A stretch of DNA of 64,000 nt from Flavobacteriales bacterium (GTDB lineage Bacteria > Bacteroidota > Bacteroidia > Flavobacteriales_D > CALLUQ01), in assembly GCA_963669295.1 (NCBI GenBank), contig OY769938.1, positions 173,533-237,532 on the forward strand. The letters are read 5' to 3'. Made by a program: the position numbers and the translations under genes. Under the pieces are notes generated by a model. That model worked only from the letters and a program-made list of their open reading frames with translations, searched no databases and had not been told where the DNA came from. Shown piece after piece: positions 1 to 9,701 of this stretch. How positions within the stretch are numbered: the stretch's first letter is position 1; every line of letters begins with the position of its first letter.

Positions 1-54
1 CAGCTCGCTCATTTTGGCAATTGCAACTGGAGATTGGAGTGTTTCGTAATTCAT
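1..54 (-). CDS. possible 5' end of a gene running off the window (MNYETLQSPVAIAKMSEL...)
   Basis: ATG at 54 on the minus strand, open to the window edge, preceded by AT-rich intergenic DNA; too short to assign. Confidence 0.35.
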   Translation of the reverse strand, partial: MNYETLQSPVAIAKMSEL

Positions 55-200
55 GGTAGGTGGTTTATTATCATCATTAATCTTATTACAATGATAACCA
101 GTATTTATTGATTAAATAGTCGGTTTCCCGATATTTTTGTTGAACATCGAATGATGGAAAAAGTTCTTTTAGTTGGCTGGATTGCTTAACTTTAAGGCAT

Positions 201-232
201 AAAAAAAGTGGTTCCATTTAAAGAACCACTTT
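201..232. terminator. intrinsic terminator-like hairpin
   Basis: AAAGTGGTTC / GAACCACTTT 10-bp stem, with an A-run on the left and TTT on the right. Confidence 0.45.
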
Positions 233-413
233 CTCTACAAGATTTTTGGAACAAAACCTCATGAAAGCTCTCTACAGCTTCAATACAAAGATTCATTTTA
301 TTTAAACCGGGTCAAAACAAAGTTTTGTACTTTCACTGAAAGTCTAAGAAGGTGTTATCCCTTGTTTTTTTTCATTAACACCAAGGCTATCAGATTATTA
401 CAACAATCGTCAT

Positions 414-1970
414 ATGAAAAAGTCCGATCATCTTTTTCACCTTATAAAATCGCTGTCAAGATCAGAAAAGCGCTGTTTTAAAATCTTTGCATCGCGCCAT
501 ACTATTGGCGATGAGAACCAATATGTTAAACTCTTCGATGCCATCGACAAGCAATCTGCTTACGATGAAAAACTCATTATCAAGAAGTTTAAGGGCACCA
601 AGCTGGCCAACAACCTATCGTCGGTAAAGGTGCAACTCGACAATCTTATTTTAAAGAGTTTAAGGCAATTTAAGGGCACTACAAAAAAGATGTATGATGT
701 GCGGGAGTTGATGGATTATGCTGATATTCTTTACGAAAAAGGATTGCTAGAGCACAGCTTGAAGAAGTTAGAGAAGGCCAAGAAAATTGCTCTTGAATAT
801 GAGTTTTATATAGCATTAGACGAAATCTCCATTCTTGAACGAGAGATTGCCCATAAGTCGTCGAATTTTGATGCGTTGCAGAAGTTTGATCACGAAACAT
901 TTTACCAGGCGCGTCATTACCGAAAAGTGAACAATGATTTGGCCGAGTACGAACTACTGGCCACCCGGCTACACATGTTGTTGTTGCGTCATAATCGCAC
1001 CCGTTCTAAGGTAGGAAAAGAGCGGTACGATGAAATTATGCAACACCCTTTGCTGCAAGGCAATCCTGCTGAACAGGAGTTTGCTTGCCAGGTAGAGTAC
1101 CATGCCCTTTGGGGAACCTATTATTTTTTATTGGGCAATGGCAAGCAGTGCAAAGAACATCGCGAAAAAGTAGTTACACTCTTAGAGTCGAGGCCCCACA
1201 TCATACACGACAATCCGAAGCTGTACATCAGCCACATGCGTTCGCTCATGATTTTTCTTGGCAGCAATCGATTGTACGAAGAATTTGATGCACAGGTACA
1301 AAAAATCAAGCAGTTCATCGATGCCATTCCCGAGGGGAAAAAGTCGACCAACTTACAAACAGAAATCTATACAACCATATACAATGCAAAGCTCGACATT
1401 GATTTGGATAGAGGGCTGTTTGAAAGTGCCCATGAGTTTGCTGAAGAGGTGAAAGAGGGCATGAAGCATTTCGATTACCTGATCAATACTGATGGGCAAG
1501 CGGTGCTTTATTACAATTTGTTTTATGTATCGTTTGGCAATGGCAATTTTCATGAAGCACTTGCGTGGATGAACACCTTACTTAACCAATCGTTTGGTGA
1601 GGTACGTATCGACATTCAGTGCTTTGCAAGGTTGGTAAATATTGTATTGCACCATGAGCTGGGCAATTACGATTTGATCGACTATCTGGTAAAATCAACC
1701 GCACGTTTCTTAACTAAGAAGGAGCGTAAGTTCCGCTTCGAAGAGTTGTTTTTAAAGTTTGCTCGTACTTCGCTAAACCACGAGTTAAGCAAACCTGAAC
1801 AGGAAGTTGTATTCAATGCATTTACGGATGAGTTGCGCGTATTGTTTAGCGATCGGTTCGAAGAGAAGGCACTGCAATACTTTGATTTTATTAGTTGGGC
1901 AGAGAGTAAAGTATCGAATAAATCTTTTTCTGCACTGATGAAAGAAAAGTCGAAAAAGACTACCTCTTAA
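414..1970 (+). CDS. conserved Bacteroidota hypothetical protein (helical/TPR-like, 518 aa)
   Basis: long ORF; N-terminus LFxLIKSLSxSEKRxFK and C-terminal YFDFISWAESK typical of a widespread uncharacterised Bacteroidota family. Confidence 0.8.
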   Translation: MKKSDHLFHLIKSLSRSEKRCFKIFASRHTIGDENQYVKLFDAIDKQSAYDEKLIIKKFKGTKLANNLSSVKVQLDNLILKSLRQFKGTTKKMYDVRELMDYADILYEKGLLEHSLKKLEKAKKIALEYEFYIALDEISILEREIAHKSSNFDALQKFDHETFYQARHYRKVNNDLAEYELLATRLHMLLLRHNRTRSKVGKERYDEIMQHPLLQGNPAEQEFACQVEYHALWGTYYFLLGNGKQCKEHREKVVTLLESRPHIIHDNPKLYISHMRSLMIFLGSNRLYEEFDAQVQKIKQFIDAIPEGKKSTNLQTEIYTTIYNAKLDIDLDRGLFESAHEFAEEVKEGMKHFDYLINTDGQAVLYYNLFYVSFGNGNFHEALAWMNTLLNQSFGEVRIDIQCFARLVNIVLHHELGNYDLIDYLVKSTARFLTKKERKFRFEELFLKFARTSLNHELSKPEQEVVFNAFTDELRVLFSDRFEEKALQYFDFISWAESKVSNKSFSALMKEKSKKTTS

Positions 1971-2026
1971 TTCCCTGTTAGAGTTGGGAAAAAATACTAT
2001 TTTTACGTACCATCAAACGTTGTGCT

Positions 2027-2857
2027 ATGAGTAAGATTTATTTAATTCCCCACGATTTTTCGGCTGCAGCAGATTCGGCCGTACAACACGCCCTCAACCT
2101 CGCCCGTGAAACAGGCGCTGATTTACGATTATTGCATGTAGTAAAAAAAGAAAGTGAAGTAACTGCTGCCGAACATCAATTGAATGAAGTAGCTAAAACA
2201 CTTGCACTTGGCGATGATGATCCTGCGCTAGATACCAAAGTAATTGTTGGGAACATTTTTGAAGATATTGGCAAAATGGCCAACTACTCTGATACGCAAT
2301 TGATTGTAATGGGAACACACGGTGCTAAAGGCATGCAACGTTTGTTTGGCAGTTATGCATTGCGTGTAATTACCAGCTCTCACATTCCATTCTTGGTGGT
2401 GCAAGAAGAAAAAACTTCTACGCCTGGCTGCGATAGAATTGTGATGCCTCTTAACCTGAATCGCGAAAGTACTCAGGTGCTCAAGTTTGCCGAAGATCTT
2501 GCTACACAATTTAACTCCGAGATTCATATTGTGGTAGAGCATCAAACCGACGAATGGCTCATCAATAAAATTCGAAACAGCATTTTGATGGCTAAAAAGC
2601 ACATGAGCGAGCGTGGCATTTCGTGTACTGCCGAAATCATGCCCGGCAAAAAGGCATTTAACAAAGAAGTGGTAGAATATGCCGTTGAAAATAAGGCCGA
2701 CTTATTGGCAGTTGGGTATTTCACAGAAAGCCTGTTGCCCCAATTCGATACGTTTGCTCAATCGTTGTTACAGAATGAAGCCAATATTCCGGTATTGATT
2801 GTAAATGCAGAAGCTGTAGGCAAGGTGGCCGGACAATATTCCTTTATCAGCGTTTAA
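2027..2857 (+). CDS. universal stress protein (tandem UspA domains)
   Basis: LIPHDFS...A start motif, LIVMGTHGAKG...FGS, second domain ending IPVLIV. Confidence 0.9.
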   Translation: MSKIYLIPHDFSAAADSAVQHALNLARETGADLRLLHVVKKESEVTAAEHQLNEVAKTLALGDDDPALDTKVIVGNIFEDIGKMANYSDTQLIVMGTHGAKGMQRLFGSYALRVITSSHIPFLVVQEEKTSTPGCDRIVMPLNLNRESTQVLKFAEDLATQFNSEIHIVVEHQTDEWLINKIRNSILMAKKHMSERGISCTAEIMPGKKAFNKEVVEYAVENKADLLAVGYFTESLLPQFDTFAQSLLQNEANIPVLIVNAEAVGKVAGQYSFISV

Positions 2858-2858
2858 G

Positions 2859-3788
2859 TTACTTGAACTTATTGCACCCTATTTTTATTTGACTGCCCAC
2901 CCCATTGAAGCGTACGGTACTTGAATAGTTAGCACCATCGTATTGTTGGTAGAAGCTAAACGTTTGGTATGTACAATGCCCATCGGGCCAGGTGGCACAA
3001 AGTGCTGCAGATCTTTTGCGCCCTAATATCACTCCTGTTAAGCTGTTGCGTTCAATGCTCCAATCGCGGCTGGTAATGATGCACTTTACAAACGTTTCTT
3101 TCCACCCTTCTGCCTTGGCATGAGCTTGCGTGCACGCCAAAAATTTGGCTTCCAATCCAGCATCGTTCGCTGCAGCTTTGGGCAGTTTTACTTGATCCAA
3201 TTTCGCTTCGTTCAATTTGTTGGCTGTGGCCTGAAATTTCGCGATGTTATCGCCATCCAGTTCAAACTGACCATACCAACCCAAATCAGCTTTGGTGCTT
3301 TGCCCTCCTCCAGTCCACCCTACGGTAATGGTGTGCTTGCCAGGTGTTAGCTGTGTCAATACATTGTTTAAAAAGTTAAGCGACAATTGGTCTTTATAGT
3401 TTGCTGCATCTGGAAATATCTGGATGCGCAAATGGTCTTCTTGCGAGTAAAGTAATTCATGAAACGGAAGCAGTGCTACTACCTCATCGTCTACCCATAT
3501 TACAAAGGTGGGAATGGTGCCACCAAATACGGTCATAATAGGCCCTCCAAACTTAGTGATAGATTCAATGTAGGCACCATCTGCAAAAGAAGTGGTGGTA
3601 GCACTGTTTATCGTTATGTTACTGGAGCTCGTGAAAATTACTGTTTCCTCAGCGTTATCAGGAATTTCGTTGCCACCAGCTTCTGCCTGTGCTTTTTTTA
3701 GCATGGCCTGGTAGGCTTCTATCGCATTTTGTGGTAGAGCAGTTGTACTCATCAGTGCAGCAAGCGCAATAAAAACGACTTCTTTCAT
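2859..3788 (-). CDS. secreted hypothetical protein
   Basis: 309-aa ORF with Sec signal peptide; C-terminal WSIERN.LTG.IL.R domain with paired Cys. Confidence 0.75.
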   Translation of the reverse strand: MKEVVFIALAALMSTTALPQNAIEAYQAMLKKAQAEAGGNEIPDNAEETVIFTSSSNITINSATTTSFADGAYIESITKFGGPIMTVFGGTIPTFVIWVDDEVVALLPFHELLYSQEDHLRIQIFPDAANYKDQLSLNFLNNVLTQLTPGKHTITVGWTGGGQSTKADLGWYGQFELDGDNIAKFQATANKLNEAKLDQVKLPKAAANDAGLEAKFLACTQAHAKAEGWKETFVKCIITSRDWSIERNSLTGVILGRKRSAALCATWPDGHCTYQTFSFYQQYDGANYSSTVRFNGVGSQIKIGCNKFK

Positions 3789-3913
3789 GGTAATCTTGTT
3801 TGAAATTGTTGTTCAAAGTACCACGAATTTGGCATTATTTATTCTTGTTCGAAGGGAGGATTAGTAACCGTAGTTGTTGAATAGGTAAGTGGCAGGGTTT
3901 TATTCATAATTGT

Positions 3914-3948
3914 AAAAAAACTCCCCTTCCATTTCAGGAGGGGAGTTT
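3914..3948 (-). terminator. rho-independent terminator of the TBDR-DUF4249 operon
   Basis: AAACTCCCCT...AGGGGAGTTT stem followed by a U-run on the minus strand. Confidence 0.75.
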
Positions 3949-3986
3949 ACATAACAGGACACCATTTGAGTACTCAATCGAGTAGA

Positions 3987-4808
3987 TTATAGCTCGTCGA
4001 CCTCAAGGTACAGGGTATCGCTATTGAATCCTGTAAAAATGCCCCAACCGTTTTCAATGTTTGTAAGTGGGCTGGTAAGGTTTTGTGAGTTTTGACTGAT
4101 GCTTTCAAACATGTTTGCATATTCCTGGTTGATACGAAACAGTACGATTCGGTAGGTACCAAAAAATACGATATTGCGCTGATCGTAACTGTAGGCATTG
4201 CCTATGAATGGATCGGATACCAGCGTATTTTCAAACTCACGCCCCGTGTCTTCCATGTTGCCATTGATATAGTCTTGAGTAGCTTCCAGGTATTCTAACT
4301 TCATAAAGTAATAACCGTTATCAGGGTTATCCCACGTTAGTTCTACCGGATCAAAACTATCGAACGAAAAGCCGAACGATCCTGATGCTATACGCTCTAC
4401 AGAAAGCGTGGTAGTGGAACTGTTATAATTCGTAGGTTTTGAAGGTACTGTTGTTGTTGCTTTAATCGGTTTTCCTTTGTAATCAAACTCCAACAAATAA
4501 CTTCCTGTATCTACTCTAAATCCTGGCGATTGATATCGGTATACCCCCGTAGTGTCTTCATATAACAAGTAGTTGTTATTGTGGTGTCTTACCCAAACCT
4601 CCAGCCCTTGCAATGGTTGCTGAGTATCATTGCCATCTTCTGTAAAAGGGAGCAATTGATCTGCTTTCACCTCCAATAAACTTGTTCCCTGTGCTAAATA
4701 GGATTCAACTACCGGAACATCGGCATTTAGATCTTGTTCCATCAATTCTTTTTCGCATGCTGTTAAGCTAAGTAACAACAAGAGTATGTATAGAGTTGGT
4801 GCTTTCAT
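3987..4808 (-). CDS. DUF4249-family lipoprotein
   Basis: lipobox LTAC, PVVESYL near the N-terminus, C-terminal TNIENGWGIFTG; coupled to the upstream TBDR. Confidence 0.85.
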   Translation of the reverse strand: MKAPTLYILLLLLSLTACEKELMEQDLNADVPVVESYLAQGTSLLEVKADQLLPFTEDGNDTQQPLQGLEVWVRHHNNNYLLYEDTTGVYRYQSPGFRVDTGSYLLEFDYKGKPIKATTTVPSKPTNYNSSTTTLSVERIASGSFGFSFDSFDPVELTWDNPDNGYYFMKLEYLEATQDYINGNMEDTGREFENTLVSDPFIGNAYSYDQRNIVFFGTYRIVLFRINQEYANMFESISQNSQNLTSPLTNIENGWGIFTGFNSDTLYLEVDEL

Positions 4809-7504
4809 TATTTTAGTTTTAACGATAAAGTAATGTTGGGGGTAATTCCCAATAGATTCACATCGGTTTCCGTAAGTCCGGTTTCATCGATCTCAAATTC
4901 TTTATACCATATATTGGTGCGATTGTACACATTGAACAAGGAAAAGCTTAAGCTCCCTTTTCCTTTGCCCATATTAAACCCGTATTTAGCCGAAAGATCC
5001 ATGCGATGATAGTCGGGGTATCGCGATCCATTTTTTGCGCCTGTTACGATGTAGTCGGCGGTAGTGCCATCAAGTAATGTTAATGTGTACCCCCCCAGTG
5101 GTTCGGTATAAGGCTTGCCGGTAGCATAAATCCATGTTCCTGAAAAAGTCCAGTGTTTGTTTGCCTTGTAAGTGGCTACCAGTTTGGTTTCATGCGTTAC
5201 ATCATGACTCGCGGCAAAGTACCCTTCGCCATACACCGGAAAGTTGTGGTGCACCTGCCCCCAGGTATATCCTATCCACCCGGTGAGTTTGCCAAACTTC
5301 TTTTGGGCCAACACTTCAACGCCACGCGCATAACCTGTGCCTTCGTAGAAAAGAGAGGAATAGTCTATTTCACCGAAAGAGGGCGTAAATCGTAGGGTAT
5401 ATTCCGACAGGCCTTTCAGGTCTTTGTAATACGCTTCTACATCGAATAAAAAGTTTTGCGTTTCGTAGCTGGCTCCAGCAATATAGTGCATGGCTTCTCC
5501 CACGGGTACTTCGTTTCCATCAGACAGTACCCAAAAGTCGCGACTACCGGCCAATATGTCTTCGCGCACTACCCTGTTGGCAAATTGGTAGTATTGCCCC
5601 CATGCTGTTTTCAATTTCACTTTGTTGGTGAGTTGATAATCTACCTGTAGCCTGGGCGCATGGTACAATTGTTCTGTAACAGTAAAGTATGATGTTCTAA
5701 TGCCCGGTAATATGGTAAGCTTTCCGCCTGGGGTCCAACGGTTTTGCAAGTATACCGACATTAAGTTGCCACTGTCGTGCAACGATAATATCTCAGTAGT
5801 ATCGTTTTGAGTAAAATCGTAATCGATGTTGTAATTGGTAAGCTGAGCCCCAAACTCTACCTGGTTGTTTTTTCCCGTTTTATACTCACTGTCTACTTTA
5901 TAGGTAAAGTCTTTCAGGTCGTTGTCTTCCATTGTTCCACGGTTGCGGCTTGTGTTTTCTCCGTTGATGCTCACATTTGCTTCGATGGAGCGATCTCTGA
6001 TGCTGTAATAGTTGGAATACGAAAGCTGGCTGTTGGTATATAGTTTTTCGTTCCACCTTCTCGACCATTTAAGGGAGCTGCCCCAGTTTCCCCATTTGGT
6101 GAGATCGGTAACACCCCCTGAAATAGATACATCTCCAAACGATCGATCAAAAGTGCGTGAATTATCGAGGTCGTCCTGTCCGTTGAAAAAGCTAAGCGAG
6201 ACAATGTCTTTTTCTGTGGGACGATAAGTTACCTTTCCATTGAGGTCGTAAAAGAACGAGGTAGGTTCCGATGCTTCTCGTGCTCTTCCTCCTGAGCCTC
6301 CTTTACCTGATCTTTGTGCTATATCGTTACTGCTGTTGTCTTCATTGAATGCATCAAAAAACTTGTTGTAAAGTGCTCCTTTATACGATTTTCTTCCAGC
6401 AATAAATACCGAGCCTTTGCCTCCCAATGGGATTTCTGTAAAGGCATTATAGCTGAGCAAGCTAATATCGCCTCCCAAATTAAATTCTTTCTCGTTTCCT
6501 GTTTTTCCGGTAATTTCCATCACACTGGATAACCGTCCTCCATATTTAGACTCAAAGCCCCCTTTGTACAACTGTACGTCTTTGATGGCGTTGGTATTGA
6601 AAGCACTGTACATGCCAAAGAGATGTTCCTGATGGTATACTGTAAATCCATCGTACAGGATGAGGTTTTGATCGGGGGTACCACCACGTACATACAACCC
6701 TGCCGACGATTCGTTACTGCCACTAATGCCTGGCAACAATTGAAACGATCGAAAAATATCTTTCTCGCCTAAGCTGGGAAGATCGGCCACTTGTTGCGGG
6801 GTCATTTTTACCATGCTTATTCCTTCCGATGCTTTCATGCCTTCTTCTTCTCGTCTGGCTACAATTTGTACTTCACTCAATTGATTAACTGTTGGACTAA
6901 GCTCAATGATTAGAGGAGCCTTCACATTGGTGGGGCTGAGGTAAAACAAAAGAGGTTGATAACCGATGTAGCTGATTTCGATGGGCACGGTATCGGAAGC
7001 TACTTTAAAGAGGGTGAAGTAGCCATCGATATTGGTAGTTGTACCATGTGTAGTTCCTTTTACCTGCACGGTAGCAAATGGCAATGTTTCGCCCGTTGCT
7101 TTATCTTTCACCGTACCTGAAATTGTTATGTTATGCTGCTGTGCCGAACCGTGATAAGCGTTATTTGCCATTTTGGCCGATGGTATTGCTGTGGTTCTGT
7201 TTGCTGACTCAAAATGAATTACTCCAGCGCTGTCTACGTAATAAGTAAATGAGGTAAGTTTTCTACAAATAAGATCAAAGGCTGTATTGACAGGAGTATT
7301 GGAAAACAGCTGATCCAACTTGTAGTCTTTTACCAAAGTTGGGTCGTATTCTACCTTGATGTTGTACTTTTCTTGAAAGTCTTCGAATACCTTTTGAAGT
7401 GAGGTACCCCAATAGTATTCGTTGATGGTAGTTTGTTGGCTGTATGCCGAAGTGACCGGTAGCACTAATGCCAGGGTCAACATGCATTGATAAATTCTTT
7501 GCAT
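4808..7504 (-). CDS. TonB-dependent receptor with CarboxypepD_reg-like and plug domains
   Basis: ISGTVKD..TGETLPFATV, plug YVRGGTPDQNLILYDG, YKGGF..KYGGRLSSV, C-terminal YHRMDLS..FNVYNR. Confidence 0.92.
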   Translation of the reverse strand: MQRIYQCMLTLALVLPVTSAYSQQTTINEYYWGTSLQKVFEDFQEKYNIKVEYDPTLVKDYKLDQLFSNTPVNTAFDLICRKLTSFTYYVDSAGVIHFESANRTTAIPSAKMANNAYHGSAQQHNITISGTVKDKATGETLPFATVQVKGTTHGTTTNIDGYFTLFKVASDTVPIEISYIGYQPLLFYLSPTNVKAPLIIELSPTVNQLSEVQIVARREEEGMKASEGISMVKMTPQQVADLPSLGEKDIFRSFQLLPGISGSNESSAGLYVRGGTPDQNLILYDGFTVYHQEHLFGMYSAFNTNAIKDVQLYKGGFESKYGGRLSSVMEITGKTGNEKEFNLGGDISLLSYNAFTEIPLGGKGSVFIAGRKSYKGALYNKFFDAFNEDNSSNDIAQRSGKGGSGGRAREASEPTSFFYDLNGKVTYRPTEKDIVSLSFFNGQDDLDNSRTFDRSFGDVSISGGVTDLTKWGNWGSSLKWSRRWNEKLYTNSQLSYSNYYSIRDRSIEANVSINGENTSRNRGTMEDNDLKDFTYKVDSEYKTGKNNQVEFGAQLTNYNIDYDFTQNDTTEILSLHDSGNLMSVYLQNRWTPGGKLTILPGIRTSYFTVTEQLYHAPRLQVDYQLTNKVKLKTAWGQYYQFANRVVREDILAGSRDFWVLSDGNEVPVGEAMHYIAGASYETQNFLFDVEAYYKDLKGLSEYTLRFTPSFGEIDYSSLFYEGTGYARGVEVLAQKKFGKLTGWIGYTWGQVHHNFPVYGEGYFAASHDVTHETKLVATYKANKHWTFSGTWIYATGKPYTEPLGGYTLTLLDGTTADYIVTGAKNGSRYPDYHRMDLSAKYGFNMGKGKGSLSFSLFNVYNRTNIWYKEFEIDETGLTETDVNLLGITPNITLSLKLK

Positions 7505-7635
7505 TGTTGCGAGTTTTAGTAATACATAATTCCGAAGCGTGCGTGATTAGTGTATACTGTTACTGCATGAACCTCCTTTCTTCATAAAATTTGATGGTGT
7601 AAAGATGTTGGGATTGGCAAGAGCTATGAAAGGTT

Positions 7636-7667
7636 TTCAACCAACGACCAAAACATTTCAATGAACG
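7636..7667. promoter_or_regulatory. putative LytTR-type direct-repeat operator
   Basis: TTCAACCAACG (7636) and TTCAATGAACG (7657), 21-bp period, upstream of the TBDR. Confidence 0.5.
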
Positions 7668-7709
7668 AACGCTTGCCATTGCACTTTCTTGAAGCATTTT
7701 GCCTACAGC

Positions 7710-7744
7710 AAAAAAAACTCCCCTTCTAGTTGGAAAGGGAGTTT
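7710..7744 (-). terminator. rho-independent terminator
   Basis: AAACTCCC...GGGAGTTT stem with U-run, just after the 7763 stop. Confidence 0.7.
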
Positions 7745-7762
7745 GATGATAAGCATGGTGTT

Positions 7763-9082
7763 TTATCGGATGAATAGTTTTTGGTGTACGGTTCCGGCAG
7801 GTGTTGTTACTGCAACGATGTAAAATGTATTGTTGCTCAATCGGCTGAGGTTGGCGACTACTTGATGTGTTCCTTTTGTTTGTGGCGCATCCATTATTGT
7901 TTGTACTACGTTGCCTGCTTTGTCCAGTAACTCGATCAAAACCTGTCCTTCTTGTTTTATTTCAAACTCGATGGTAGTACTATTGCTTGCGGGGTTGGGA
8001 AATGTTTTCACCTCAAAAGCAGTTGCTGTTGTTGTAGGTTTTTCGTTCGATACATCCATGAGCAAGAAAAATACCTGCATGTGTTTCCCTGCCATTTCTT
8101 TGATGGGTAGGTGGTGTTTCATCATCGGCATATCACCATGCATTTCCATGGCTTTTTCGTGAATGGTGTTGAAGCTGGCTTCCAGCGTTTCTTCATGATT
8201 TTCTGCAATAACATGCAGTGGCTCTAGCGCTTCTTTTAACTCCTGGTGCATGGCCATTCTTTCTTCCAGGTGTGCGCGTTTCTCTACCTTCTCCTCTTCA
8301 CTTAGTCCTCGCATTTCCATGTGGTGCTCCATCATTTCCTTTTTCAAAGCCATCCATTCCTCTTCCGAAGCATTCTTTTCTTTCATCGCTTTCATTTTTG
8401 CACGCATCTCTTCGCGCATATTTTCTTGCGATTCATTTGCTGCGTGCCCATGGTGGCGTTGCTTATGATGCATGCCCTTCTTGCTTTCATGCATGCCTCG
8501 CTTCATCATGTTTTCAGGCGCAAAAGGATGCTCTACTTCCGGATCCAATGCTTCTTTTTTTATCTCCAGTACTTTTTCACGCATTTCAACGATAATGGCC
8601 TTTTCTTCCTCACTTAATTGGTTTTCTAATGCTTCACGCTGCGCTACGATTTCAGGCAATAACTGCTCCTTCATTGCTTCTATCTTGCTGTGCATACCAC
8701 GTCTTCCATGTTTTTTGCCATGGTGGCCGCGCTTCATTTGATGCAATTGCTCCAACTGTTCGGGCGTAAGTATTGCTTCCATTGCTGTTCTTTTCTCGGC
8801 CTTTAAAGCTTTCATGGTTTCCCGCATTTGCTCGCGGTCACCATTTGCTGCTGCTTTGGCCGCTTTCATTTGCTCTGCTTGCTGCATCAGCATTGTTTTT
8901 AATGCTGTTTGCTGTTCAGCAGTTAGTGAAAGTTTTTTTGTCAACATTTCAATGTGATGTTTGGCTTTCGTTTCGGGGTCGCCATGACTGTGAATGGCTG
9001 CCGACATTTTAAAGGCACTGAAGGAAAGCAAACCAGCTACCCCCAGGATGATAATTACTTTTGTTTTCATAATACGATTCAT
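7763..9082 (-). CDS. His/Met-rich Spy/CpxP-like (LTXXQ) protein with T9SS type A sorting domain
   Basis: signal peptide; LSLTAEQQ and ILTPEQL motifs; HH/MM-rich helices; C-terminal FPNPASNSTTIEF...TVHQKLFIR. Confidence 0.8.
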   Translation of the reverse strand: MNRIMKTKVIIILGVAGLLSFSAFKMSAAIHSHGDPETKAKHHIEMLTKKLSLTAEQQTALKTMLMQQAEQMKAAKAAANGDREQMRETMKALKAEKRTAMEAILTPEQLEQLHQMKRGHHGKKHGRRGMHSKIEAMKEQLLPEIVAQREALENQLSEEEKAIIVEMREKVLEIKKEALDPEVEHPFAPENMMKRGMHESKKGMHHKQRHHGHAANESQENMREEMRAKMKAMKEKNASEEEWMALKKEMMEHHMEMRGLSEEEKVEKRAHLEERMAMHQELKEALEPLHVIAENHEETLEASFNTIHEKAMEMHGDMPMMKHHLPIKEMAGKHMQVFFLLMDVSNEKPTTTATAFEVKTFPNPASNSTTIEFEIKQEGQVLIELLDKAGNVVQTIMDAPQTKGTHQVVANLSRLSNNTFYIVAVTTPAGTVHQKLFIR

Positions 9083-9171
9083 TATAGATGATTAAACAAT
9101 TTGTTCGCTTTCAACGGTTTATTGATGTTATGATTCAAAAGTGAAGCATTCCATTTAATCCTTAAAATATT

Positions 9172-9203
9172 TTCAATGAAGGCGCATTAATTTTCAACGT
9201 ACG
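9172..9203. promoter_or_regulatory. putative LytTR-type direct-repeat operator
   Basis: TTCAATGAAGG (9172) and TTCAACGTACG (9193), 21-bp period, same motif and orientation as at 7636. Confidence 0.45.
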
Positions 9204-9218
9204 GTTATAATTGGTTAA

Positions 9219-9268
9219 ATGATTCTCATCATGCCCTTAAAAAGCACGGTTTCTTTTCCTTAGCTTTG
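9219..9268 (+). promoter_or_regulatory. CRP/FNR-like site plus Bacteroidota -7 box
   Basis: ATGAT-N4-ATCAT at 9219-9232; TAGCTTTG (TAnnTTTG) at 9261-9268 just before the ATG at 9273. Confidence 0.5.
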
Positions 9269-9272
9269 TGGT

Positions 9273-9698
9273 ATGAAATGGTGGATGTTTTTAGTACCTT
9301 TTTTAATGGTGGCTTGCGCTGCTGAACCAGAAGAAATGGAGACTGCTCAACCGGAAGTGCCACTCAATCCTAATGGTGATAGTGAGTTAGCGTTGTTGAT
9401 GCGAGCGATGTATGATGATGCTATGTTGGTAAAAGAACAAGTAGAGGCAGGAGAAACGCCTACCATTTCCGTAAATCCGCAACCTATTTTAACAGCTACA
9501 CCAAGCGATCCTGAAAGTACTGCATCGCCACAATACAAGTCGTTTGCCCGTGCTTATATTCATTCGGTGAATCAATTGGGAGGCGCTACCGAAGATGTAG
9601 AGGCTTTATATACTGGAATGGTGAATACGTGTATGAGTTGCCATACAGCAGTATGCCCTGGACCGAGGGTAAGAATTAAAAAGCTGTACCTGGATTAA
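9273..9698 (+). CDS. c-type cytochrome lipoprotein (cytochrome c'-like, C-terminal heme)
   Basis: lipobox MVAC; single CMSCH motif near the C-terminus. Confidence 0.8.
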   Translation: MKWWMFLVPFLMVACAAEPEEMETAQPEVPLNPNGDSELALLMRAMYDDAMLVKEQVEAGETPTISVNPQPILTATPSDPESTASPQYKSFARAYIHSVNQLGGATEDVEALYTGMVNTCMSCHTAVCPGPRVRIKKLYLD

Positions 9699-9701
9699 CG
9701 C

